Assembly (NCBI GenBank): GCA_026936335.1
Contig: JAPMXV010000020.1
Location: 124,001 to 188,000 of the forward strand
From: Mantamonas sphyraenae STR306
Taxonomy: Eukaryota > Protista > CRuMs
Reading direction: 5' to 3'
DNA: 64,000 nucleotides
A program made the translations under genes and the position numbers. Of the stretch, positions 24,076-36,300 are shown piece by piece; the stretch's first letter is position 1; every line of letters begins with the position of its first letter. The notes under the pieces were generated by a model. It saw only the letters and a program-made list of their open reading frames with translations. It was not told the origin of the DNA and searched no databases.

Positions 24076-24829
24076 TGGGGCAGCAGAGAAGGAGAGTGGC
24101 AACACCAGCAACGTGGCCACAAAACCCAGCAACGTGACGGCGGTGAGGAAAAACGAGGGCAGCAAGAGCAAGGGCAAACCCAGCAGTGCGGGCGGAATGT
24201 CCTGGGCAACGATTGCCAAGCAGCAGGGAACGGAGAGCAACACCAACAACACCATCAACACCAACACCAACACCAACACCAACGCAGGCGGAGCGACAGG
24301 AGCACGTGGACAGGGAAGCGCCAGTGCACCCAAAGCCACCAGCACCACTTCCAACACCAGCAACAGCAACAACAGCAGCAACATGAGTGGCAAGAAAGGC
24401 ACGGGCTCCGCTGGCAGAATGTCGGCGGCCTCCTCCGCCTCCGCGTCCACGTCCTCGTCCTCGTCCACCACCGCCACCACCAGCAGCAGCAGCAGCAGTG
24501 CAGGTGCAGGTGGCGCGAGTGCCGGAGGACGGTCCACCAACGGTCCGCTTCTCAGCGACAAAGTCAATCCCACCGAGCTCTTTGTCCGCAACGGTGGCAA
24601 GCTCAAGGAGAAGGAACTGAGGGATGCGTTTGAGCAGTATGGCAAGGTCGAAAAGGTGTACACACGCAAGAGCGCAGCGTTTGTCACCTTTGAGACTGCG
24701 CAGGGTGTGCAAAGGGCACTCGAGAGCAACCCCAAGCCCTTTTCCATCGGCTCCACACAGGTCGAGGTGGCCCAGCGCCGTCTGCGCCTGTCCACGCTGG
24801 AAAAGTCAAACTCTTCGAATGGCCAATAA
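22406..24829 (+). CDS. G3BP/Rasputin/Bre5-like protein (NTF2-like domain + RRM); exons 22406-23056, 23277-23458, 23688-24829; frame break at ~24013
   Basis: NTF2 domain: IGQMFAARYYPTL...LYKHDSTF...VLVSVTG...RRFVQQFLLA...YYLQSDMLRFL. Family motif MSWATIA. RRM: LFVRNG...LRDAFEQYGKV...AAFVTFE. Two GTACGT...CAG introns. Confidence 0.85.
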
Positions 24830-24882
24830 CCGTAATCGGGCCCCGAATCAACTCGAAAACTTCCCCCCTCCTCCCTGTTCAT

Positions 24883-25302
24883 TCAACCTTCTCTCCTTTC
24901 CCTCCCTCCACTCCCAGCTCGGCTGCTCCCACTCTCCTTGCCATCCGTTCTTTCGATGGTCTGTGCAAACGTCTGCATGGGCTGCACGAACCGTTCAAAC
25001 CCAAGCGACTCAAACGCAGCCAACACGTCGCCGGCGGCCACACGTTTGCGCTTGTCCTGTTCGCAGTGCTCCTCCGCCTCGCTGACCACAAAACTGACAA
25101 ATTCGCTGGCCGCCTTTTGTACAAGCTCCAGCGCGTCTGCACTGAGCCGCGTGCGAGCAGGCAAGCTCCGTAGCATCAGCTTCCGCACGTTCTTCTTTGG
25201 CAGATACACGTCAGCATACCGCACTTCTGCCTCCTCTGGGTCCAAATCTGCCATATGCACTCCTTCCTCATCGTCGTCCGCACCACCTTCCGCCCTGCTC
25301 AT
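24883..25302 (-). CDS. H2B-type histone-fold protein (NF-YB / DR1 / POLE3 family)
   Basis: DVYLPKKNVRKLM...ELVQKAASEFVSFVVSEAEEHCEQDKRKRV...DVLAAFESLGFERFV. The exact subfamily cannot be resolved by eye. Confidence 0.85.
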   Translation of the reverse strand: MSRAEGGADDDEEGVHMADLDPEEAEVRYADVYLPKKNVRKLMLRSLPARTRLSADALELVQKAASEFVSFVVSEAEEHCEQDKRKRVAAGDVLAAFESLGFERFVQPMQTFAQTIERTDGKESGSSRAGSGGRERREG

Positions 25303-25486
25303 GTCGCACACACACAACCCCCACGCTTTGTTGAGTTTTTCCTGGCTCCACTGACGATGCCAATCTTTCGCTGCAATTCAACCCCCACCACTTCCTGCTT
25401 CGTCTTCTCTCCTTTTCATTGCCACCAACCACCAACCGCCCACTCACCCTCTGCTGCGTTGGCCCACGGCCTGATCACAGTCACAA

Positions 25487-28400
25487 TCACAAAATCAAAC
25501 ACTTCTCCTCCTCGTTGTCCTCGTCCTCGCTATCCACCTCTGTCACCGTGAGGTTGTCCTTGTCCAAGGCGTGCGACAGGTCCACGTCGACTCCCCGCTG
25601 CTTGTAAAACAAGACGTACGCGGAGCTGCCGTCGACTGCATCCTCCTCCACCTCGCTGATCATGCTGTCGTTGTAGCAGTGCCACTTGTCCAGCTCCGGG
25701 TGTTTGCAGTGTGCAATGTAGTGGCCTCCACCCAGGCCACCAAAATGGTTGGTGACAGCGTACAGGTCGTACACCGGAAATTCTTCCTCCTCGTTGACGC
25801 TGTACTCGTTCAGGTCCAGGCCCTCGTGGTCAAAGTTGACAATCTTGTGTGACTTGACCCAAGCACGCCCGTGCAGCAACTGGAAGCGCTTCAGGTGCAC
25901 AATCAGCACAGGCGGCATCTTCCACAAATCCAACTTGCGCGTCGCTTCGCGCAAGTCCTTGCACTTGGGACATCGCCAGACCTCGTCATCCGACATCTTT
26001 TCGCTCTGAGTGAACCAGTTGAAGCACTCTTGCAGGTCGATAGGCTGGTTGCGCACCTCTCGGTTCTCTTCAACCGACGCGTGCGTCTCCACCTGCCGTT
26101 CAGCCGCCCACGAGTAGTACATGGACACCACCACCAAGTCCCAGTCCAATGCCACCGTCTCTCCGTCTTGCAGATCCAGTGCTTCGTCGTCACACGCGAT
26201 TGCATGCCCGATACAAAACTTGTTCCACGAGCAGCGTCCACAGCCCGTCCCGGCTGCGTTCACCACACGCAGCACAAAGGGAAAGTCATCCTCGTGCTCA
26301 TTCGGATTCTCGTCTCCACCAGGCGTCACGTACTCCTCCTCTCCTTCCTCCTCCTCTTCCTGTGCCTCATCCTCCTCCTCTCCACGGCCCATCTTGGGCA
26401 GTCGTGACAGCTGGAAGCTGCGCTTCACGTTGTTCCACATGTGATGGTACAGCTGTCGGTTCGTCCACCCTGCAATGTTCTCCGTAAACAGTCGTGGCAA
26501 CCCAAACAGTTGCGGCTTGTACGGGTTGATGAAGTACACCTCCTCCCGGATCAGCTTGCGGTGGATGAACGACACCATAATGACCTCTTCCAGCTCCTCC
26601 AGCTCCACCACTTCTTCGCCCTCTTCGCCCTCTTCCGCCTCTTCCGCCTCTTCTGCCTCTTCGTCCTCCTCGTTGTCATCTGCCTCTGCAACCTCCTGCT
26701 CCTGTTGCGCCGGTGTCTCCTCGCCCTGTTTCTTCTTGTCTGGAAACACCAGCTCGACACCTCCACGGCCCACGCCTCCGCTCCTGCTCTGCGACTCAAG
26801 TGCACTGGCAGGCAGGGTGACGTCGACTGTGCGGCCGGAGCGTGCCAGCAGCGGTTTGATTTCAAAGGCGTACGAGTTGTTGCGCACCATGTCCACACTT
26901 TGGTTGTCGTTGAGGATGCGTGACACATACCCGTTGCCCAAGTCCACCACCAGCACCTGTTCCACGTCCAGGCCGGCCAGGGCCGCCAGTTCGCGTCGCA
27001 GATCGCCAATCTTGTCCTGGGCCGTCATCTTGACGCCGTACTGCACGGGCGTCTGGGTGCCGTCGTACGGAAACAGCACCAACTCGATCCAGCGGTTGGT
27101 GTCCACGGGCAAGGGCAGCGACAGCGTGCGGAACGTCTCAAACTTGACTGTTTCAAAGCCACACTCGTTGCACTGCGTGCTGGCCTTCATCTGGCCCGTC
27201 ATCAGATCCACAATCACACTCTGGTCACGCATCTTGTACGTGTCCCAGTACTCGTCAGCCACCTCCTTGTCCGGACGACCCTCGCTGTCTTTGTACTCGG
27301 TTGGCGGCTTGTCCAGCACACGGTTCAGGTCCTCGTGCAGGCCATCCAAAAGGTACGCCAGAAACTCCTGCGAGTCCTGCTGGCTCGGTGTGTTGAATTC
27401 CGGATTGAACTTGCCAATGGTCCAGCGGAACTTGAGGGGGGCAATCGAGTGTGCCTTGCCCGCCCACAGCTGCTTGATCAGCTCGCCATAGCGCTTGGCA
27501 ATCAGTCCCTTGTATCCAATGGGGTTCACCGTGTTGGTTTCCGCCATGTAAAAGTCGTTCAGGATGTACGGCGTCAGGAACGGCGTGTTGCTGAGACACT
27601 GCACCGCGCTGTTCATGAAGCAGGTGTTGCCCAGATTCTTCAGACCTGTGAGTCCCGGCTCCACCTCCACTTCTTCCTCCTCCGCATCCGCCTTGGCGCT
27701 CAAGGTCTGCTCTTCGGGCCACTCGCCCGTGTCTGTCTGCACCTCCATAAACAGGTTCTGCCCGTTGACAATCTGGGCATCCTCCAGAGTGACGTCACCT
27801 CGTGTCAACAGCGTGGGCTTGGCCAGATCGAAGCAGTTCCACAGGCGCAGCTTGTCCACCTGCAGCTCTGGATCCGTCACCAGCTTGCCATCGCTCATGC
27901 GCATCGACGTGCGCTGGTCGTTGCGGATGGCCGCCACGTGTGCCTGCAGCTCTGACACCGTGTTGAACCTGCTGAACGACACCGTGAAGCCAATCAGACG
28001 CCGCTGCGCCTTTTTGCTGCTCATCTTCTCGGGCTCCTTCGGATACTTGGTCAGAATACGCAGCGTCAGCGGGTACAACTCCACCATGGCCTTGCCCTGA
28101 AACCCTGCTGCCACCACGTAGCGCGGCAGCGGCGGCCCGCCTCCGTACCACGAAAAGATGGCGCTCCAGATCGGTTTGCTCACGAGCACATAGTCGTGGT
28201 TCTCCTTGATTCCCTGGCGCAGCACCATGCGAAACTCGGCCTTGGGGTCGATCAAATCCACGTTGTCGATCTCTTTGGCAAAGCGCGCAGAGCTGCCGCT
28301 TGCGTCATCGCCACCGTCCCCAGCGCCAGTCGTACCGTCCAGGTACTTTTCGTAGGCCGACCACCAGGCGTAAGAGACCACGTACCAGCAGTCACCAAGC

Positions 28401-30272
28401 ACCTTGCCGCGCACACTTTGCTTGTCCAGCAGCTCACGCATGTACTCGCGCTCGACATCGCTGCTGACGGGCTTGAGTCCTAGATCCAGCGACGCCACCT
28501 TGTTGATGACCTGCAGAAACTGGATGGCCGCAGGATTGCTCTCCACCCATTGCATGTACTCTGCAAATGTGATCTTGTCGTCGTTGTCACGGTCATACTC
28601 TGCAAACGCCGCGTCCACAAGCTCCTCCATCGCGTTGCTGCTCAGCGCATCCGACAGCATGCGCTTCGGCCGTTCCTTACCCACCTCTGCGGATGAGGAG
28701 GCAGCGTCTGCAACGTCGTCAACGGCAGCAGCAGCGGTCGTCGGCAGCTTGCGCTTCCGCGTCAGTGGAGCTGTTTGCCGAGGAGGAGGAGGAGGAGGAG
28801 GACGCTGCGACAAGCTGGCTGATCTCGTCTGTGCTCAACGAGTCCACACTCTCAAACACATCCTCGATGCGCCAGACACTCTTGACCATTTGGGTCATCT
28901 CCGGGCGGGACAGCTTGCCGTCTTCGTCCGAGTCAAACAGGTTGAAGCAGAACTTCATGCGCTGGGTGTCGCTCCCACGGATGCACCCAGACAGCCCGCA
29001 AACAAGCTCGCGAAAGTCGACCGAGCCGTCCTTGTTGTCATCAAAGGTATCAAAGAGGATGTGTGCGAGTGCGGTGGGCAGGGGAGGACACAACAGCTGC
29101 ACAAGCGTCTCCTTCTCGATGACGCCGTTGGGAGTCTTGCCCTTGACCTCGTAGTATTTGCGCTCCAAATCCTTGATATCAGTCTCGTTAACTGTGGTTG
29201 GCGACGGGTGGGTGGATACGACCGCAGAGTGTGAGCATGGGCGTGCGTTGAGAGATGGTGGACCAGGTCGATGCGAAACGTACAGTTGGTGACGGAAGCA
29301 AGGCTCTGGGACAGAGTGACGGCTTGCTCATCGCTTGCATTTGCACCTGTGTCGTACATGGTACCTGCGTTTTCAAAGATCCACGTCGTGAGAGTGGTGG
29401 AAGACTGGTTTTCGCGGGCCCAATCGCGGAACTCGTCGAGGGTAAACTTGTCGACCTGGGACGGACAGACGGGCGTTCAGCATCGGTAAGCATGTGCACG
29501 GCGAGGTTGCATGGGATAGTAACACAGTGGTACGTGAGAAGATTGCTCAATAAGCGTGTGGACATTGTGCCGGGGGCGTTTGGACAAGGAGCGCAAACTC
29601 ACAGATTGGAAGCAGTCGGCGATCACCTTCTGGGTGGTTGCATCGCCGTCGGTGGAGGAAAGAATGGTTTCCATCTCTGCGCGTGTGATTTCTCCGTTGC
29701 CTTGGACATCGCAGATGTTGAAAATAACTGTGCAGCGGGCAAGGGGCCGTGTGTGAGGGCCCCGCGTTGGCCATTCCTGTTGCGCAAAGGCGCGGCCAGG
29801 GTGCGAGCGAGTGGATGGGAAGGCGGGCTGGGTGGGCACACGTACACTGGGTGCGCTCTTCGGCAGTGCCCTTGGCAAAGACGACGAGGCCGCAGAGAAA
29901 GTCTTTGAAGGAGAGGGAGCCCTTGTTGTCGGAATCAAAGACGCCGTAGATGCGCTCGGAGAGGATGCGTGGCACGTTGTCACCAAGGACTTCACGCATG
30001 AACGTGCTCTTGTCCATGGTGCCCTTGACCCCTTTGGGGGACAGGCGCTGGAAGGCCTTGCGGAAACGCTCCTCTTCCTCAGCAGAGCCTGTGGGGCGGT
30101 GGGCGGTGGGAGGTTGGGTGAGAAGTTGCTGATTGCAGGGGAAGCAGGAACAAAGTGTGGACAAGAGAGCAAGGGAGACCTCCCTTCATTGGTGGGGGAA
30201 AGGAGGAGGAAGGGACATACAACGGTGCACAGCATCGTCGTAGCTGATGATACGAGAGGATCCAATGCCCAT
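25487..30272 (-). CDS. USP32: USP32-like ubiquitin-specific protease (EF-hands, DUSP, UBL, USP catalytic domain, CAAX); exons 30221-30272, 29846-30088, 29603-29727, 29284-29455, 25487-29191; frame break at ~28736
   Basis: N-terminus MGIGSSRIISYDDAVHR (cf. MGAKESRIGFLSYEEALRR). EF-hands DSDNKGSLSFKDF, DDNKDGSVDFRE, DSDEDGKLSRPE and DRDNDDKITFAEY. DUSP WYGGGP. Cys box GLKNLGNTCFMNSAVQCL, QQDSQEF, His box HFGGLGGGHY. Ends CLIL. Confidence 0.88.
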
Positions 30273-30390
30273 GTGTGCGTGTGGCGATCGGCGTTGGCTT
30301 GTGCGAACAAGAGCAGAGCCAGAAAAGGTGGCACAAAGACGTCGGTTCACGTGCCATTCACTGGTTCATGGATAGGGTGCTTCATTCTGT

Positions 30391-31283
30391 TCACAGCTTG
30401 ATGTTTGTGTCGACGTTGACATCGACAAAGTCGAGGCCTTCCTTGCGCTTGACACCCTCCACCTCGTACATGATGGCGTCCTGGTGCTTCTTGAGCTGCT
30501 CGGCGTTGGCCTTGCCCTCCATAGCCTTGGCCTGCTTCTTAAAGTCACCCAGCATGTCCAGGTACTGCTTCTGCAGGTCGCTGAGCTGCTTTTCTGCATT
30601 TTCTCGGAGCGTGCCGTGCGGTCCACGGGAAGCCACAGACAAGATGCATGGGACAGGTGGGTGCCAAAGTGGCGTCAGTATACACTGGGAGGGCAATGGG
30701 GGCAGAAGGACAAACGGGGAACAGGTGCGGGCGAGCGAAACGCGGGCGGGCATTTGTGAAGCGGCCGGTGGGGACAGACCGCCGGAGGAGGCTGGCAAAG
30801 GGTGACGCCACGCCATAAGTGGGCGCTGGAGGAGACAAGCGTGCGCTGGAGCCGGATGAACGGGGGATGCGTGCATGTGGATGGCGCTGGATGTGCGTGT
30901 TGGGGCGACGGAAAACGGTTGGAAGAGGGGATTCCCTCTCGCGCCAACTCACCGGCGCAGGTGGTCTGCGAGACCTGGAAGGCCATGCCACGGCTCACCA
31001 CGCCACGGGTGGTGGAAGCCACGAGAGAAGTCTGTTTGCCGAGAGCAGAGAATGGCCGGGGATGGGAGGAGGTCGGGTGTGAGTGTGTGTGTGGCGCGGT
31101 GGGGTGTGTGTGGCTGACGTTGGCTGGGATTCTCCCGGCGTTCTTCTCTTTTGGACACACAGCGTACCTTGCTCACAGTCGATCGAAGGGTGAAGCTCTG
31201 CGTGTGGCGGGAGGTGGGTGTACATCAGTGAGCAAGTGGTGGTTTGTGGAGGAGGTGCGAGGCATGTGGTTTTACCGTACCAT
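30391..31283 (-). CDS. Small mitochondrial protein, probable ATP synthase peripheral-stalk subunit F6/h; exons 31281-31283, 31168-31197, 30953-31031, 30391-30593 (104 aa)
   Basis: Three phase-compatible GT-AG introns give MSFTLRSTVSKTSLVASTTRGVVSRGMAF (presequence-like: S/T/R-rich, no acidic residues). It is followed by EKQLSDLQKQYLDMLGDFKKQ...KHQDAIMYEVEGVKRKEG, which resembles F6 (DPIQKLFVDKIREYK...YQQELERELFKLKQMFG). Confidence 0.6.
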
Positions 31284-31643
31284 GATGTGGTTTTGGGGTG
31301 GGTGGGACGGCGAGTGAATCGAGAACTCAATCCCACATTTGTGGACGTACAGGGGGATGGAAGGGGGAAGGGGGGAAGGGGGGGGTCACATGGCACAGCT
31401 CTTGTGTGCATGTTGGCGGCCCGCACTTCGACCCAAAACAAAACACTTGTGAGTTGCGCATCCGTCGATGTCAAGATGGAACCAATCGTCTGCACGAGCT
31501 GTCCAATGGGCAATGTGTACATGCAATGGTGGTTGGAGAGGGGACTGTGTTGAAGAGGAGCTCGGCTGACCCGCACTCTGTCCGTTTGCGTTTTGCCAGA
31601 TTCCCGAGAAAAACAGCCGGATTTCTGAACGCACACAGGCATC

Positions 31644-33323
31644 ATGACGTTTGAACATTGCAAAACTGAGCAAGAGATCACATGTCACAAAGACAGGACT
31701 GAAACAAGGACGTTTGTGGAGAACGAATGCAAACCCGACTCGCTGCGAGAGCACACGTCGACCGGGGATGCTCAGCAACTGCCCGAGGTTGTCCCCTCGT
31801 TTGATCGCAACACACACCAGGCAGACGCAAACATGGGAGAGGGCGAACAACGCGTGAGAACTGTAGCGCAGAAGCAGCGAGCGAGGATCACAGAGACGAC
31901 GAGAAAGGAGGGCGGGCGGTTGCGAATGACCGCACTCTTGAGCGAAAGCAGCAGCAGAAGCAACGGTGGGGAAAAGGAGGAAGGATCCAACCACGAAGAT
32001 GTGCTATACTTTGGTGTGGATCCCAACGGCAAGGCGTATGGCAAAGTGGTTGCGGAGACACGTGGAAGGGCCGTGCGCGGAACCCCAGCCAAGCTGGGCG
32101 GATGCACAGGAGCTTTTGCGGAAACCACATCACACGAGGACACGCATTCATGTGAACAAGACGCTGGGGACACGCAGCAGAGTTCTTCAGGCAGCCAGAA
32201 GGCGGCGAGCGGTGCGTGCGGTGTGGGGGAATTCGCCGATCCGGCGATTGGCCAAACGCAAACGTGCAGTGGCGAATTCCAGAAGAGTTCCAGCGGCCCT
32301 GAGGAGGGTCCAGGGTTCAAGGAGAGTTGTACAGCGGGCGACTCATGCCCCAACTATGCCTCGGTGCAGACGGAAGCGGAATCGGAATCCGGATCGGGCT
32401 GGCAGCCGGATGCGCAGCCGTGGCGCTCAGAGCGGGCCGAGAACAAGCAGAAGCGCGCGCGAAGAAGCAGTCGCAGCCGCAGTGGCAGTCGACATGGAAG
32501 CAAGGAGCGAGGGGACACACGTGCGGAGTCGCCGTCATCGATGGGCCAGATGCCCACACATCCCCAGCAAAAGTGTGGGGCCATCATCCTGTCCAAGGAC
32601 GCAGACCATGTGTTGCTGGTCAAGGGGATCAAATCGTGCAAGTTTGGTTTTGCCAAGGGCGAGATCAAGGACGGCGAAAGCGAAGTGGAGTGTGCTGCTC
32701 GCGAGTGCAAGGAGGAGATCGGCATGGACATTGGACAGAGCATCGACGCACGCCGCTGCTTTCGTCCAGCCAAGAGCACCACCGACAACGCCTTCTTTGT
32801 CATCCAGAGCGATTTGGCACCCATTCAGGATCTGGAACAGTTGGGGTTGCACATCGACGAGGCAGAGATTGCAGAGTGCCGTTGGTTCTCGCGCCAGCAG
32901 CTCGAAGACATCATCGAAAGCCAGCCGGCCTCCCTCATCTACGACCTACGCGTGTTTGTCCAGTTCAGCTCCATCCTGCCAAAGACAAGTGAGGACACGC
33001 ACGAGGCCACTCCATCCAAGGGCAAACGACGCAACACCCCTTCCCCACCTCGTGGGTCCAACCGCAAGACTTTCACCACTGGAGGAGACCAGAGCGGAAG
33101 TGGAGGTTCCGCACGAGGACGCAGTCGCCAGAGACGCCGTCGTGGAAACACGAGCAAGGATGCAAACCACGGCCCCAGCACCATGTCCCGCTCGAGCACG
33201 TCCACAGGAGGAAGGCGGCGATCCGTGCGCCGCAGTCGGAGCACATCGTCGTCCTCGTCCTCTTCTGGCGACGTCTCAAGTCAACCTGACATCGACGCCT
33301 CGTGGCGGATTCGTTCCTCCTGA
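31644..33323 (+). CDS. Nudix hydrolase with a Dcp2-like catalytic domain
   Basis: CGAIILSKDADHVLLVKG...FGFAKGEIKDGESEVECAARECKEEIGMDI (Nudix box) and EIAECRWF. Flanks are low-complexity and RS-rich. Start codon uncertain. Confidence 0.8.
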   Translation: MTFEHCKTEQEITCHKDRTETRTFVENECKPDSLREHTSTGDAQQLPEVVPSFDRNTHQADANMGEGEQRVRTVAQKQRARITETTRKEGGRLRMTALLSESSSRSNGGEKEEGSNHEDVLYFGVDPNGKAYGKVVAETRGRAVRGTPAKLGGCTGAFAETTSHEDTHSCEQDAGDTQQSSSGSQKAASGACGVGEFADPAIGQTQTCSGEFQKSSSGPEEGPGFKESCTAGDSCPNYASVQTEAESESGSGWQPDAQPWRSERAENKQKRARRSSRSRSGSRHGSKERGDTRAESPSSMGQMPTHPQQKCGAIILSKDADHVLLVKGIKSCKFGFAKGEIKDGESEVECAARECKEEIGMDIGQSIDARRCFRPAKSTTDNAFFVIQSDLAPIQDLEQLGLHIDEAEIAECRWFSRQQLEDIIESQPASLIYDLRVFVQFSSILPKTSEDTHEATPSKGKRRNTPSPPRGSNRKTFTTGGDQSGSGGSARGRSRQRRRRGNTSKDANHGPSTMSRSSTSTGGRRRSVRRSRSTSSSSSSSGDVSSQPDIDASWRIRSS

Positions 33324-33389
33324 TCCCTCACATCTGCATTGTACATAAAAATACACACTAATCCCATCTACTTATTCCCTGTCCTCACA

Positions 33390-36300
33390 CTACCCCAACA
33401 CATCCAACAACTCGACAGCGAGCTGCTGGCCCTGAGCATCGGCCGAATCGCCTGCAAACACATCCAACAGGTCGCTCAGCTTGTCGTTGGCCGACAGGGC
33501 ATCGCGGTATGTTTGCACGCGCGGTGTTTGGCTGTCGACAATGGTGAGCAACATGGAGAGCAGGGCATGGCAGTTTTCCAGCCGTTCCCTGTTCAGCGCC
33601 ACACACAGGGCGTCCACGTTCCCGGGAGACAACACAAACTCGTGGCATTCGGCCACCTTGTACATCTCTACAAAGCGCACCAGACAGGCAATGGCCTTGT
33701 CGGTGATAAACTCGTCCTGCTCTGCCAGGAGCACCGCCACATAGTCCAGTTCGGGAAGCAGCGCCGCCGCACCCTCCTGCAGCTTGGTTGCCTCCTCCAC
33801 GCCGCCGTCGGCCAGGTTGTTGTGCAAACCGTCCAACCCGTCTTGGATGTAGTACAGCAGTGCGTATGTCATGTCCAGAAGCACCTCGAGGTATGTGGTC
33901 ACGCCGTTCTCTACAGAAAACACGAGGATGCTTCGGATCTTGTCCACCAGGCCGTACTCGTACAGCTTCAGCTTGTCGATTTCGGGCCACTGCACACACT
34001 TGGCCACCAGTCGTACCGTGTGGATGGTGTTGTTCTTGTGCTCCATCTGCAGAAACTCGAAAATCGGTTCCAGCAGGCCCATCTGCACAATGCGGTCCAG
34101 GTACGCAAAGTTGTGCTCCACAATGAAGTTGAGCACCTTGAGCGCAAAGCGGCTGCCGTCGTCGCTCAGCATCTGCAACTTGTACTTGGGCAGCAAGTGG
34201 TCCACAATCAGCGCGTCAATCAACTGCGTCGACTCGCTCTGCTCGTCAACGTTGTACACGTTGACATCGTTCAGCAGCGGCATGAATATGTCACAGCACA
34301 GCTTCAGCGCCATGAAACGCGTCTGCTCCTTCTGCGAGTCCAGCAGCGAACACAGCGCTGGCAGCAGGTCTCGCAACAGCGCGTGCTCCACAGCCAACGA
34401 GTACTGGAACTGTGCCAGCGATGACACAATGTTCAGTACGGTGCCTCCAAAGTCCATGGGCACCACGCCGTCCACGACCTCCATCAGACTCACGAAAACA
34501 CTCAGCTCCTCGATGAAGCCGGCCTGCACAATGCGCGCACGAAACAGCGCACTGTCCACCAGCTGCTCAATCACAGGCAGCAAGGGCACGCTGGCCTTCA
34601 GTTGTTTCACCACAAGCGTCGTCGGCTTGCGCGACACCTTCATCTTGTTCAGGCAGGCCATGATGGGGTCGGTCAGTCCGTCGAGCGACCCGCAGATGCT
34701 GTCCGTGAGCGCATACACACATTCGGACAAGTGGCTGTCGCTCTCTTTGCTGGCCTTTTCCAATTGATCGACAAGCTTGCGTTTGTCCACCGCCTGCAGC
34801 AGCCAGCGCGGGTCCAGCGCCACGAGGATGCTCATTGTCAACATAGCTTTCGCGCGCTGCTCTGCGTGTGTACCGTCCATGATTTTCAGCAGCGTGGGCA
34901 CAAGCAGCTTGTTGTCCATCAGCGTGCTCTGGAACCGCTGTGTGGCCGACAACAGGCCCACGTTGAGCAGATTGAGAAAGTTGGTCACCAGTTTGCCTTC
35001 CTTTAGGCCATTGATCAGGAACTTGGCACCCGTCTTGTCGATGATACTGTGCACCAGCGAATGGTTGTGCTTGGACAGTCGCGCAAGAGCCGACAACACG
35101 GTCACCTGCAGGTTGGCGTCCTTGGTGCTGTTGTAGATTGCCAGCAGTAGCATGGCCACCTCATGTGTTGCAAAGGGGGCCGAGAATTCGCTGCTGTGTG
35201 CCGCAATGTTGTCCACCGTCTTGGCAGCGTAGTGCTGCACAACCGAGTCCTCGCCCGTGCGCAGGCAGCGTATCACAGCCTTGAATGTGTGCTTGCTCAC
35301 TTGCCACTCGTTCGAGTCATACTCGTCGTTGAGGGTGGCCACGTAAAACAGCAGCTCGCCCAGCGTGGCAATGCACTTGCGCTTGAGAGGCACGTTGCGC
35401 TCGCGCAACAGGTCCGTCAGCACACCCATGGCGTTGGTTTGCACAAACTGCGCTGCAATGTACATGGCGTACCGGATATACAGGCCAATGACGTTCACCG
35501 CATGCGCCTTGAGCTTGTCGTTGTTCGACACCTTGGCCACCTTGACTACATACGCCATCAGGGGATGCCGAAGCACGTGCTCGGCCACCTCTGTGTCCTT
35601 GCACAGCGACTGCAGGTAGTTGAACACCTGCACCATCGTGCGCGCTTTGCGCGACTCTGTCATCATCGTCAGCAGTTCGTGCAGAAACGCGTCCCGTTCA
35701 TCTTTTGACAGCTTGCGCACCTGGCTGCGCGACATCAGATCAAACGAAAACTGCGATGCATCCACACTCGGCGACTTGCTGGGTGGTTTCTCGATCCGCT
35801 TGTTCAGAATGATGGGTTTGACCACAAGGTCCGACTTTTGGAACATCAGCCCTTGCACAAACGACAACAGCTCCTCCAGCGTCATGGGCACAAGCACAGA
35901 CGTGTCCAGGGCATCCTCCTCCACGGCACCCTCTGTGCCTCCCTCCTGGTGTGTCGTCGGAGACGCCTTTGGCGTGCTCTTGTGGCCACGATTCTGGTTG
36001 TAGATCACTGCCGAGTCTGGCCTGCTCATGCTCGATGCTCCCACTCCCGTTTGCCTGCTGCTGCTGCTACTGCTGCTGCTGCTGCTGCCACTTCCTCCAT
36101 GTGTGCTCTGTGCCCGTGCTGCTTCCATGGATACGGTCCTGGGCGTGGCCTGTGCGCTCTGTGGCCGCACAACGGATGAGGGTGTTGAAGGCACATCCCT
36201 GTTGTTCCTTGTGTTCCCACTGCTGCTGCTACTGTTGGACTTGCCCTTTCCGCTCGTGGTGTCGTCGTACTCCCCGATGCCCGAGTCGGAAATGGAGGAA

